From an uncultured Bacteroidota bacterium (GTDB lineage Bacteria > Bacteroidota > Ignavibacteria > UBA10030 > UBA6906), in contig CAVOYH010000003.1 of the NCBI GenBank assembly GCA_963700635.1, positions 288,001-352,000 of the forward strand: DNA of 64,000 nucleotides. Direction: 5' to 3'. Shown piece by piece: positions 1 to 9,338 of the stretch (position 1 is its first letter; each line of letters begins with the position of its first letter). The position numbers were made by a program, and so were the translations under genes. Under the pieces are notes generated by a model that searched no databases, had not been told where the DNA came from, and worked only from the letters and a program-made list of their open reading frames with translations.

Positions 1-11
1 TTGTTGAGAGT

Positions 12-2621
12 TCATGGTTCAACCGGTGTCCGTTCTGTTGGATGAAGAAGCGATTTCAGAGTTCGGGCGAATGTGCTCTGCCCGGCCCGTTCCAGATCCA
101 GCGCCACATGAGAGAAAAAGCCCCGGCTGTGGACCCCGTGCCGGGTCAACACATCGATGACGCGCATCGCATCGTCCTGTTCTCCGGCGCATGCCAGCAC
201 CGCGGCATAGGCGGCAAGGCTGAAGGGATAGTTACTTTCCCGGCACCGTGCTTGTTCCAGCACCGTGCGTGCAGCCGAGACGTTGCCGAGTTCAAGTGCA
301 ACAAGCGCATACTTCACCGGGGCCTCACGGAGAGCCGGATCCAGTTCGATTGCCCGCTGCAACTTTTGCAGGGCTTCCTCACGCCGGTTCACTTCAGCGA
401 GACTCACTCCCAGTCCGAGCATCGCCCGTGCATCAACGGGATCAGCCCGGAGAACATGCTCCCAGAGGGGAATCGCTTCGCTGTGATTTCCGAGTTCCTG
501 CTCCTGTGCGGCAAGTTCCCGGACCGCCCGGAGGTCGGTAGCCCCCAGTGCAGCCACCTTTTTCCGCCCGATCGCAGTATACTGCACCGCTTTCTCACGA
601 GTCCTTTCCTCGTTCAAGCGCCCGTAATGATGGATCGGTATCTGTGTGCGAAGGATCGGTATCTTTTTACGCTGCAGTGACGGCTCCACGACTTCGTGTA
701 CGGGTTGGTCATACAGTATCTCCGGCTGACGGGGGAAGAACCGCACCTTGTCGCTTGGCACCCATCCCGACCCCGCCTCTTCTTCATAAACTCCATCATT
801 CCGGCACCATCCCTGCAAACCCGCCTCATGAACATAGTTACGGGTCGTGAACAGTACTGCGGCCTGCGACCGGCGTGCCTCGTTCAGCACCTCCGCCAGA
901 GGGGCGCGGTCGCGGGGTGCTAAACGTTCATCCGCATCCAGAGTAAGGACCCAGCCCCCAGTCGCACACCCTAATGCGGCGTTACGGGCTTCGGCGTAGT
1001 CGTTCTGCCATGAGTGGGAGAACACCCGCGCACCACATGCCTCCGCCACCATCGGCGTACGATCGGATGAGCCGGTGTCCACCACGATGATCTCATCCAC
1101 GACCGTTTCCATCCCTGCGAGACACGCCGCAAGCATGGACTCTTCGTTTTTTGTGATCATGCAGAGCGAAATGCCGGTGGTGGCAGCCGGGCCAATCGGT
1201 CCCACCCGGCCGCGTAATGTCAGGGCCAGCTCAAGTAATGGTTCTTCCGGTCCGTACCGACCGAGACACTCGACGGCAATCGTCAGGGCTTCCCGGGCGG
1301 CGCCGGCGGAGGTGAGACATTCCGCATGCAGGTAGGCCAGATGCTTGTGCACCGGGTAGAACCGTCGAACGTCGGCCACAGCGCGAGCACCTTCAGTGTA
1401 CATCTGTACATCGTATACTGCCTCGCGATAACTTCCCAGGACTTCCGGGATGGTCGGACTCAGAAGAAATCCGTGTTCGATGAGGCGGTATGCCTCCTCC
1501 TTTTCCCCTCTCGCCCACAACAGGGCGCCCAAATGAGCATAGGATTCCCCAGAAGATGGATCGTATTGGATGGCAAGGCGAAAGGCGTGGATCGCCTCCT
1601 CTATGCTGTTTTCGTCCGCGTGGATCATTCCCTGCAGGCGTACTGCCCGTGCGTTCCGAGGATCGATCTCCAGAGCCTTCTCGACACACTGCCGGGCCAG
1701 CGTCAGTTCACCCAGCCCGAACATCGCAAACCCGGTTATGTCCAGCCATTCACGATTACGTTTTACGGCATCCGGAGTGGTCAGCAGCAGGTCCGAGACA
1801 GCTCTGTACCGGCCTGAACGCAGGAGCGTCCATGCCCTTGCCGAATGGAGTTTCGGGCTCTCAGGGATATTGTTGATCGCTGTATCAAGACGTGTGACTG
1901 CTTCATCAAAGAGACTGTCTGCTTCAAGATGCGCGGCCTCGGCAACAGCCGCAAGGACTTCACGTTTTGTCAGCTCTACGGGATCCGAAGGATTGATGGG
2001 ACTCCGCCTCCAGTACGGGCGTGGCGTTCTCCGCTCCGATGGATCCTTGGGAGACAGGGCGATCACGGTATCGCCGGAAAGACAGATCTCATAACCGGCC
2101 AGCGCCAGGCGGTATCCATAATCAGAAAGGACTTCATCAACGGTCGAAAGAGATTCATCAAAAAGACCCACAGTCCCTGAAAGCTCCCTCCGAAGAAGGA
2201 AACACTCTCCGGGGATGGAGTGCACAGGGAAACATCTTCCGGTTGTCCACTCCATATACCGGGCCCGTGTTTTCCCGTCGGAGAATTCTGAATCCCCAAC
2301 GGACACCGGTCCCAGGATGCCGGTGAGCGGCTTCGTGTTCATCAGAACAAGAAGGTGATCCACGCCCCCTCCGGCGAGCCGACTCCCCTCCCGTACTGCG
2401 AACACGGCATTCCCCTGCGCCTGAAGCAACGCACGATTGAGAAGGCGTGCATAGGCCGGACCGTCGGGGATCGTGCGCGGAAGCGTCAGCATATCGGCAC
2501 ACCCGGGCCGGGTTCCGATTGCCGCCAGCGTTCGCACTTCTTCCGACAGCACCCCGGGGGCATTATCCCCCGCCAGATGTGATCGGCCGCAAGGCTGTGT
2601 ACTATGGTGCCCCCTGTTCAT
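12..2621 (-). CDS. TPR-repeat glycosyltransferase family 2 fusion (degenerate N-terminal GT-A domain, TPRs, GT2, TPRs)
   Basis: GT2 motifs ISLCMITKNEE, VVDTGSSD, LDADE, VHE, HYG; TPR helices on both sides; RBS GAGGA 5' of ATG, 7 nt after the upstream stop. Confidence 0.9.
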   Translation of the reverse strand: MNRGHHSTQPCGRSHLAGDNAPGVLSEEVRTLAAIGTRPGCADMLTLPRTIPDGPAYARLLNRALLQAQGNAVFAVREGSRLAGGGVDHLLVLMNTKPLTGILGPVSVGDSEFSDGKTRARYMEWTTGRCFPVHSIPGECFLLRRELSGTVGLFDESLSTVDEVLSDYGYRLALAGYEICLSGDTVIALSPKDPSERRTPRPYWRRSPINPSDPVELTKREVLAAVAEAAHLEADSLFDEAVTRLDTAINNIPESPKLHSARAWTLLRSGRYRAVSDLLLTTPDAVKRNREWLDITGFAMFGLGELTLARQCVEKALEIDPRNARAVRLQGMIHADENSIEEAIHAFRLAIQYDPSSGESYAHLGALLWARGEKEEAYRLIEHGFLLSPTIPEVLGSYREAVYDVQMYTEGARAVADVRRFYPVHKHLAYLHAECLTSAGAAREALTIAVECLGRYGPEEPLLELALTLRGRVGPIGPAATTGISLCMITKNEESMLAACLAGMETVVDEIIVVDTGSSDRTPMVAEACGARVFSHSWQNDYAEARNAALGCATGGWVLTLDADERLAPRDRAPLAEVLNEARRSQAAVLFTTRNYVHEAGLQGWCRNDGVYEEEAGSGWVPSDKVRFFPRQPEILYDQPVHEVVEPSLQRKKIPILRTQIPIHHYGRLNEERTREKAVQYTAIGRKKVAALGATDLRAVRELAAQEQELGNHSEAIPLWEHVLRADPVDARAMLGLGVSLAEVNRREEALQKLQRAIELDPALREAPVKYALVALELGNVSAARTVLEQARCRESNYPFSLAAYAAVLACAGEQDDAMRVIDVLTRHGVHSRGFFSHVALDLERAGQSTFARTLKSLLHPTERTPVEP

Positions 2622-2628
2622 CGTTTCC

Positions 2629-3762
2629 TCATGGCCGGATGATGGAGAGTACGGGAAAACGCGTGTCTCCGATGAGCCGGATCACCATCGCCAGCGCCCA
2701 TGTGAGTAACATCGTTCCATGAACATCACTCACCGGCATGCCCACCGTAATGGGCACGCCGTGGTACACCGTCTGACTTTTTCCGATCCAGTATGAGAAA
2801 CCGCCATCCGGATTGTGGTGGAGTCGGATCATTTCCAGAAGTCCCTTGCAGTACTCGCTGATTTCCTCCCGCCGGTACCGGGTCTCCTGTACACACCGGT
2901 GCAACACGTACGCTGCATCAACGAGTTGACACCCTTCATGCCGGGGAAGCGAAGAGAGACAGGTGTCAATCAACCGTTCCGGTACATGGATCGGTTCCTG
3001 AAGCCAGTCGAGAGCGGTCAGAACTCTCATGGCGCCATTGATCATGTTGCCGTACGCGGGAACCGGCCCGGAAAAATATGCACCCGTGGACGTATCGAGA
3101 AGCTCGTGCAAGAACTGGCGTACGGCATCCAGAAGCGGTCCTTCGGCATCTACCGCAGCCGATCCATGGCCGGTCGCGAGCAACGTGACAAGGACTGATG
3201 CCTGACCGCCCGCACTCCAGGGACGGTGCCAGTCAAGACGGTCAAGGAAATTCAGAATTCCATCCGGCGTCACCGGCAGATCGGTATACCGGAAACGCGG
3301 CGAGGCTCCCACCTCTGCAAGTGCGGTGATCGCCTCTTTACTTTCATCCCGGATCACACACCGGATGTGCATCACGTGTTCGCTCGCGCTTGGCGCGAGT
3401 GATGTGCTCAACCGTAATGTGTCTACCAGAGGCAGATCGATAAATGCGCCGGCCTCCCACAGGCCATCCTCCGCGGCGTGTTCCCGTTGATACGAACGGA
3501 TGAGCGCAACATGGAGATTTTTCTCCTCCGCAGACATCGTTTCCCAGTGCCCCAGGATGACATAGAGTTTGATCGCGTGAGCCGTAAAACCCAGACTCAC
3601 CGTCGATCCGGCCGGTAAAACCCCTTCCCTCGCGGCGCGATATCGTGCGGGGGAGAGTGGATCCCGTATGGACGCAAGGAATGCCGGAAGGCCGCGCGTG
3701 GCATCATGAAGCCACTCTGCCATAGGCAGGCGGTCCAAGCGTCGAGCAGTGTTTTCGTTCAT
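2629..3762 (-). CDS. Hypothetical protein with prenyltransferase/squalene-cyclase-like alpha-helical repeats
   Basis: Long ORF; NPDGGFSY repeat-like motif; ATG at 3762 overlaps the upstream TGA (ATGA). Confidence 0.65.
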   Translation of the reverse strand: MNENTARRLDRLPMAEWLHDATRGLPAFLASIRDPLSPARYRAAREGVLPAGSTVSLGFTAHAIKLYVILGHWETMSAEEKNLHVALIRSYQREHAAEDGLWEAGAFIDLPLVDTLRLSTSLAPSASEHVMHIRCVIRDESKEAITALAEVGASPRFRYTDLPVTPDGILNFLDRLDWHRPWSAGGQASVLVTLLATGHGSAAVDAEGPLLDAVRQFLHELLDTSTGAYFSGPVPAYGNMINGAMRVLTALDWLQEPIHVPERLIDTCLSSLPRHEGCQLVDAAYVLHRCVQETRYRREEISEYCKGLLEMIRLHHNPDGGFSYWIGKSQTVYHGVPITVGMPVSDVHGTMLLTWALAMVIRLIGDTRFPVLSIIRP

Positions 3763-4022
3763 CCTGTGACCCATCCGTTTGAACCCGGTGTTTCCGGAAA
3801 GTCCACCCCGTCAAATTCCGTGGCGAATGCCCCGCAATATTCCGGCAGGGCGCCGTTGCGCCGGTACACAAGCAGTAATTCACCGGAGGCGCCTTCCGTG
3901 GGATGCGTGTCCGCTGCCTCCTTGTTGGGATTGTTGCGCAGCTCCCAAGGGGGGTCGGTGAGCAAAACAATCTGGATGTCGCACGGACGCTCCTGCACCC
4001 GCATTCCCATGCTAGCAACCAT
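3759..4022 (-). CDS. Small hypothetical protein (87 aa)
   Basis: Fills the operon gap exactly; GGAGG RBS; overlaps the upstream stop by 11 nt and the downstream start by ATGA. Confidence 0.55.
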   Translation of the reverse strand: MVASMGMRVQERPCDIQIVLLTDPPWELRNNPNKEAADTHPTEGASGELLLVYRRNGALPEYCGAFATEFDGVDFPETPGSNGWVTG

Positions 4023-4767
4023 CGGCGATCACGCCTCCTTCAGCCTTCAAGAATGCCGTCACGCGTTCAAGTTCAGTCACACGTTGTATATCCTTTTCCG
4101 GCGGGGGCGTAAGACTTACAGGATTCCTGAGTGAGAGAACTGCAAGGCCTCCCTGTAAATCTGGAAAAAGTTCGACAACAAATTTTCCGGGCCAGGCGGT
4201 CTGCCAGTGACGCAACGCATCCTGTTCCGGCTTCCCATTGGCATCACAGAGAAGAATGATGGCGCCCGGCGCCAGCCGTGGTTCGAGATGATACAGTGGC
4301 GCCTCACGGCCATACCGGAACGCCGGAGGCCCGCCAATCAAGACAAAATCAAAACGTGTATCCGGCACCAACTCCCGCATGTATGCAGGATGATACGTCG
4401 TGAACACGCGGCCGGCGTATTCGGTCACAGCCAGCGGCGCATGAAGCAGGCTAATGTCCGGATCCGGACCGATCGTCCTGCGGGTTTCGCCGATATAACG
4501 CCGGGAATGATCGATGGAAGTAAGGACCGGCCGGGTCGTGGTTCCGAGACGATGCTGAAGCCGCGAGAGGAAGAGTGTCGTGAGTCCGCTCCCGAACTCA
4601 AAAATGTGCCGGGGCTGTTTCCAGAGCACCAGCATCCCGACAAATTGTAAAGTTTCGACCGAGAGGGTCGAGCGACCTATCCCCTCAAGAATGTCCTCAT
4701 CCAGCGGAAATGTCGCTTTGTGGGCGTACAATTCTTGCATCATTCCGGCATTCGGACGCGCGGTCAT
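4012..4767 (-). CDS. Class I SAM-dependent methyltransferase-like protein (Methyltransf_24-like)
   Basis: IFEFGSGLTT motif I, SIDH motif II, FDFVLIGGPP; RBS GGAAGGAG before ATG 4767. Confidence 0.8.
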   Translation of the reverse strand: MTARPNAGMMQELYAHKATFPLDEDILEGIGRSTLSVETLQFVGMLVLWKQPRHIFEFGSGLTTLFLSRLQHRLGTTTRPVLTSIDHSRRYIGETRRTIGPDPDISLLHAPLAVTEYAGRVFTTYHPAYMRELVPDTRFDFVLIGGPPAFRYGREAPLYHLEPRLAPGAIILLCDANGKPEQDALRHWQTAWPGKFVVELFPDLQGGLAVLSLRNPVSLTPPPEKDIQRVTELERVTAFLKAEGGVIADGC

Positions 4768-4833
4768 ATGTGGTTCACTCCTTCCGGTCTGAGGGAAACA
4801 TGGTCCGGAAATCCGGTTCCATCTCACGTTCAA

Positions 4834-4848
4834 TCAATTGGAGTGCCA
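4834..4848 (-). promoter_or_regulatory. Sigma54 -24/-12 promoter (near consensus)
   Basis: Minus strand TGGCAC-TCCAA-TTGA, about 65 nt upstream of the methyltransferase start. Confidence 0.6.
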
Positions 4849-5045
4849 AGCGAACGAGTCAGGGACTGCTAATTCTGTGACTTATTGTGGATTAGCAGGA
4901 GATGGGCCGGAGGAGTGGTGGCGAATAACAACCACCTGCCCGAAGATGGACGGAAGAGGGGAGCGTTTTTCAAAACACAGGAGCCTCTTCCCGGCCCATC
5001 CCACCGCAGGTCGGAAAGAGGCAATCATGTGTGAAGTGTGTTGTC

Positions 5046-6548
5046 TTACACGCCGAGACGCCGGAGCTGTTCCCGGGCTGTTGTGTTCCACGGTTCTACT
5101 GTTGTGGCTTTCTCGTAAAAATCGCGGGCATCGTCCGTGCGACCGAGGATTTCACAGATACGCCCGATGCCGAGCAATGTTTCCACATCGGTGGGGTTCT
5201 GCCTGAGAAGCTCCACGTAGATTTTCAGGGCCTCTTGTGTCCGACCCTGTGCCACAACATAATAGTCGGCGAGATTTTTTCTGAACATGGCATTCCGGGG
5301 ATCAAGCTGCACAGCCTGCTCGTACTGCGGCCCCGCATCAGAAATCAGGCCCAGCTGGTAGTAGACATAACCAAGATCATTACGTGCAGCAGCGTCGTCG
5401 GGGTTGTCCCGGACACACTGCTCGAGCTGGCGCGCAGCTTCCTCGGAACGCCCGGCAGCGATTGCCTCCCGCGCCCTGGCATACGTGCTCTCCTCCAGAT
5501 GTGATGATTCCACGAAGGTCTCATTCAGGCTAATTGTTTCGCGGAGTTCGCGCGCTTGCTGATTCCAGGGTTCAAAACTCTGAAGTGTATCAAGAAATAT
5601 CAGGCCATCATCCTTCCTGTCAAGATCATGACAGATCTGCGCGAGAGCAAGGAGAGTTTCTGCGTCACGTGGCTGGATTCGCAGGATGTGCACATACTGT
5701 TCCAGAGCCGATTCGGCGTCCTTCACCACAACATAGAGGTAGTCAGCAAGGTTCTTACGGAATAACAGAGTCTCGGGATCAAGGGTGACCGCTTTCTGGT
5801 AGTGCTCCAGTGAACGATCAACAGCCCCCGTGCGGCAATAGAGTACTCCCAGAGCGTTTTGTGCAGGAGCGTGATCGGGTGTGGCGGCAGCAAATTGTTC
5901 GAGTGCGACAATGGATTTCGCATCATCTCCCTGTGCAACTATTTCCTGAATTTCCTCGAACGTCTGCACGCGGGGCTGCTGCGGCGCCGGAGGGCCATTG
6001 GCCCTCTTGTACTGAAGGAGCCGGTCAATAGCCTCGTCCATTCCTGTCTCGCTACCGGTTGTGAACGTGCGCTGCGCATCCTGCATCATGTTGGCAAACG
6101 AATCGCCCTTTCCTTCTTCTCTGGCGGGTGGGGGAAGTGCTTCGAGGGATTTTCTGACTTCCGTATTCCAGGGCTGCACCGAGAGGAGCCGTGTGTAGTA
6201 TCCGCGTGCGTCTCCGAATCGGCTCAGTGACGCACTGAGGTTCCCCGCAATCTGGAGCACTTCGGTGTCATCTGCTCTTAACGCCAGAACCTGAGAGTAC
6301 GCTTGCAGAGCCTCTTGTGTCTGCCCGAGGCCAACATAGCAGAAATCGGCCAGCGCTTTCTGAATTGCGGGATCCTGCGGGGACTGCCGCGCCGCTTCGC
6401 GATAATGGGCATGCGCTTTTTCCTTGTCACCGCGTTGATACCACAGCGCACCCAGCTGTTCGTGAGAAAGTGATTGCACCTCACTCGTTGGGGGAGCCTC
6501 CTGGTTTAATGCGGCCAAACGCTCTCCCGATTGACGAAACATCGACAT
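5046..6548 (-). CDS. Tetratricopeptide repeat protein
   Basis: Three internally similar TPR blocks (KNLAD..., EPWN...); RBS AGGAG. Confidence 0.9.
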   Translation of the reverse strand: MSMFRQSGERLAALNQEAPPTSEVQSLSHEQLGALWYQRGDKEKAHAHYREAARQSPQDPAIQKALADFCYVGLGQTQEALQAYSQVLALRADDTEVLQIAGNLSASLSRFGDARGYYTRLLSVQPWNTEVRKSLEALPPPAREEGKGDSFANMMQDAQRTFTTGSETGMDEAIDRLLQYKRANGPPAPQQPRVQTFEEIQEIVAQGDDAKSIVALEQFAAATPDHAPAQNALGVLYCRTGAVDRSLEHYQKAVTLDPETLLFRKNLADYLYVVVKDAESALEQYVHILRIQPRDAETLLALAQICHDLDRKDDGLIFLDTLQSFEPWNQQARELRETISLNETFVESSHLEESTYARAREAIAAGRSEEAARQLEQCVRDNPDDAAARNDLGYVYYQLGLISDAGPQYEQAVQLDPRNAMFRKNLADYYVVAQGRTQEALKIYVELLRQNPTDVETLLGIGRICEILGRTDDARDFYEKATTVEPWNTTAREQLRRLGV

Positions 6549-6600
6549 GGTTTCTTCTCCTGCTTGGCGGGACCGTAGGATCTGCTAACGGGATGTCCGT

Positions 6601-6616
6601 TGCAATGGCCGTGCCA
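6601..6616 (-). promoter_or_regulatory. Sigma54 -24/-12 promoter
   Basis: Minus strand TGGCAC-GGCCA-TTGCA, a perfect consensus 52 nt upstream of the TPR gene. Confidence 0.8.
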
Positions 6617-6727
6617 CAACACCAGGACTCAAGTGTGTGGCTGCCATTAGCCAATTTGCCGGAAATGGGGGGAATATACAGTTTTTGTCCGGGGGGTGGT
6701 GAGGAATAGTCGCCACATGGAGAACAA

Positions 6728-7327
6728 TCAGGGAAGGTAAAGGTGCAGAAGCCAATACACTAACGGGATAATCACACCAAAACTCACGAGCCAGGCACCC
6801 CGGCCGCTGATGCCGGTCTTGCCTTTCAGGACAAACATCCCCGTTATCGTGACCAGGATCAGACTGACCGCATACAGATCAGCGATGTAGGTCCAGACTC
6901 TTTTGGGAGTATTCAGATGGAGCTGGTTAAACTCGAAAAGCACCCTGCGGGGACGGACCTCTTCGGCAATGACCTTGCCGGTGGGGATGTCGACCGAATA
7001 GGTGAGACGATCGTAGAAGAGCTGGAGAGTTTCGGGATCGGGCCGGAAAACGTTGCGTGGTTCATCGGCCAGGCCAAGCCGCGCCCTCACACTGTCCACA
7101 ACTCCATCGCGTGAGACCCCGTCCAGCGGCCCGATTTCCAGCCCCCGCTTCTCTATCGAATAGTTCGGGTTCCAATCGGCCGCATGATTGACGGCAATCC
7201 CCGAGACGCCGTACACCAGCGTAAGGGCAACAACAAGATATCCAATATCTCTGTGGAGGATATTGTTCCATTTCCTCCACTTGACTTTCCGCGGGCGGGG
7301 CGGGGGTGTTGCGGATGGCCCGGACAC
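6728..7327 (-). CDS. PepSY-associated TM helix domain protein
   Basis: LHRDIGY, SGIAVNH and NQLHLN His motifs with TM segments. Confidence 0.85.
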   Translation of the reverse strand: MSGPSATPPPRPRKVKWRKWNNILHRDIGYLVVALTLVYGVSGIAVNHAADWNPNYSIEKRGLEIGPLDGVSRDGVVDSVRARLGLADEPRNVFRPDPETLQLFYDRLTYSVDIPTGKVIAEEVRPRRVLFEFNQLHLNTPKRVWTYIADLYAVSLILVTITGMFVLKGKTGISGRGAWLVSFGVIIPLVYWLLHLYLP

Positions 7328-7791
7328 TACTTTATCACCGCACCTTCGCCCATAAGACGCACGACCGTTTTCGGGCCTTGTACCGTCGAAGGATCAAACG
7401 TGGTGCCTTGTTCCTCGGCCTGATGTTCGCCCTGTTTGATGAGCTCATCGACGGAATACGTCCTGACAGACACTACACCTTCGGCTATTGCATTCTTGCC
7501 TTTAGCCTCCATCGGAAACACAATCACTCCATCATCAACCTTGAACTGGATAGATTCGTATTCCCGATCGCTTGCCAGCTTGATCCAGCATCCGCGTTTC
7601 TTGCACACATCCACAACTGCGCCTTCGACCCTGACCTTCTTGCCGTCGTATTTCCCGGGATGAGCCAGGATCTCGGATATTTTTGTCGTTCCCTTGAGTG
7701 TCAGGGACTTACCATAATTTTTCGGACTTCCACCAAAGGCGAATACTGCAGAACAGCAGAGTGCCAGAACAAGTGTCAACACAGACTTCAT
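7327..7791 (-). CDS. DUF4920 domain exported protein
   Basis: Signal peptide; VCKKRGCW motif; 1-nt overlap with the PepSY gene. Confidence 0.85.
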   Translation of the reverse strand: MKSVLTLVLALCCSAVFAFGGSPKNYGKSLTLKGTTKISEILAHPGKYDGKKVRVEGAVVDVCKKRGCWIKLASDREYESIQFKVDDGVIVFPMEAKGKNAIAEGVVSVRTYSVDELIKQGEHQAEEQGTTFDPSTVQGPKTVVRLMGEGAVIK

Positions 7792-7924
7792 GCTTCCCTC
7801 CGATTAGACTGATTGGTATGGGCAAAAATATACAAACTTCCCGCGTCCGAAGCCAGGAACATCGGGGGAACCGTGACCGGTGCGCGCGGCCTGCATACAG
7901 TCCGGCTGGTTTCCCTGAAACGGC

Positions 7925-9247
7925 TCATGGTTTTCCGGACCGGGCTGCTTCCAGCTGACCCTGTCTGGCATAGTCAATGGCCTCTCCGAGTATCCGGGCT
8001 GCTTCCTGGGGAGCATGGAATCCCATGGAGTTTTCGGCGGCAACAAAGTCGAATCGGAATTGCGCCTTCCGTTGAAGCGCCAGAGCCCGATCCAGGGCAG
8101 GATCTTGTACACCCCGCGCCCGGGCGGCAGCAACCTCATCAAACATGGCGAGGAGCGCCGATTCCGTCCGGTCCATTAACTTCCGGGTGCGTTCCTGAAT
8201 CTGATCTACGCGGGAGGCCATCTCCGCTTCCGGTTGCGGATGGCATGTCTGACAGGAGCGGGCGACACTGAGCAGCGGACTGCGAAGCTGGTGCTCACTG
8301 ATCTTTACGGCCCCGTCCCGCATGTACGGCATGTGGCAATCGGCACACGCGACACCAGAACGGGCGTGTATGCCCTGATTCCACATTTCGAACTCCGGAT
8401 GCTGGGCCTTCAACACTTTTGCCCCTGTCTCCTTGTGCGTCCAGTCCGAAAACCCCACTGAATCGTAGTATGCCTCGATTTGTTCTACCTTGAGTCCCTG
8501 TTGCCAGGGATAGGTGAGTGTCTTCCTGTCGCCTTTGAAGTAGTATTCAACGTGACACTGGCCGCACACATAACTCCGCATCTCCTGGCGGGTGGCCATG
8601 GTATTCGGATCGTAGTCCATAATGCCCCTGACGCGCATAGCAGCTTTGATGCCATTCAGAAATCCCGGACGGGTAACACGGAGATTCATCGTCTTGGGAT
8701 CATGGCAATCAATGCAGGCAATCGGGTGATCAACAAGTTTGCGCGCTTCCTTGTAGGGCATGGCACATATTTCTTCGAACCCTTTCTGGACATCTCCGTT
8801 CCCGGCCTTCCGGTAGGCAGGGATGATGGACGAATGGCAGTGGAGGCACGCTCCCGGTTGTTCCCGCTCCAGCACTCTCCGTGTTTCGTCCTGATCGCTC
8901 AACATGTAGGCATGACCGCGTTCTTCCCGGTAGTCCAGGCTGAAGGCGTAGCCGGCAAATATTCGTTTGAGTGCGGGTTCTTCATCGAGTTTCTGAAAGG
9001 CCTCACTCCCCCCAAACCGCGTGCGTATGGTGTCTACCGTCCGTCGGTATCCATCGTACTGCCGGGGGAAGTTCTTCCCCCACTCCGCCGGATCGATCGT
9101 CTCTTCGGTCAGATCTGCGAGACGGAACGACACTTCCCGGGCCTCCTCCTTCCGGTCAAAAATATTAAGGAACAGCCACATCACCGCCGCGGTTGCCGCA
9201 GCCACCGAGGCAAGAATAATGATGAAGCCGACGCGGGATTTTGTCAT
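7925..9247 (-). CDS. nrfA: Ammonia-forming cytochrome c nitrite reductase, pentaheme subunit (CxxCH first-heme variant)
   Basis: Five heme motifs CLHCH, CIDCH, CGQCHVEYY, CADCH, CQTCH; KAQHPEFE; ERGH; ENSMGFHAPQE. Confidence 0.95.
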   Translation of the reverse strand: MTKSRVGFIIILASVAAATAAVMWLFLNIFDRKEEAREVSFRLADLTEETIDPAEWGKNFPRQYDGYRRTVDTIRTRFGGSEAFQKLDEEPALKRIFAGYAFSLDYREERGHAYMLSDQDETRRVLEREQPGACLHCHSSIIPAYRKAGNGDVQKGFEEICAMPYKEARKLVDHPIACIDCHDPKTMNLRVTRPGFLNGIKAAMRVRGIMDYDPNTMATRQEMRSYVCGQCHVEYYFKGDRKTLTYPWQQGLKVEQIEAYYDSVGFSDWTHKETGAKVLKAQHPEFEMWNQGIHARSGVACADCHMPYMRDGAVKISEHQLRSPLLSVARSCQTCHPQPEAEMASRVDQIQERTRKLMDRTESALLAMFDEVAAARARGVQDPALDRALALQRKAQFRFDFVAAENSMGFHAPQEAARILGEAIDYARQGQLEAARSGKP

Positions 9248-9338
9248 GTTCGTTTCCTTTCTTCTCAGTCATCAGGCCGTCGCCTTGATTGTCCTGCTTC
9301 TCTGTCGCACCACCGTACACGCACCGGAACCGCTGTTA

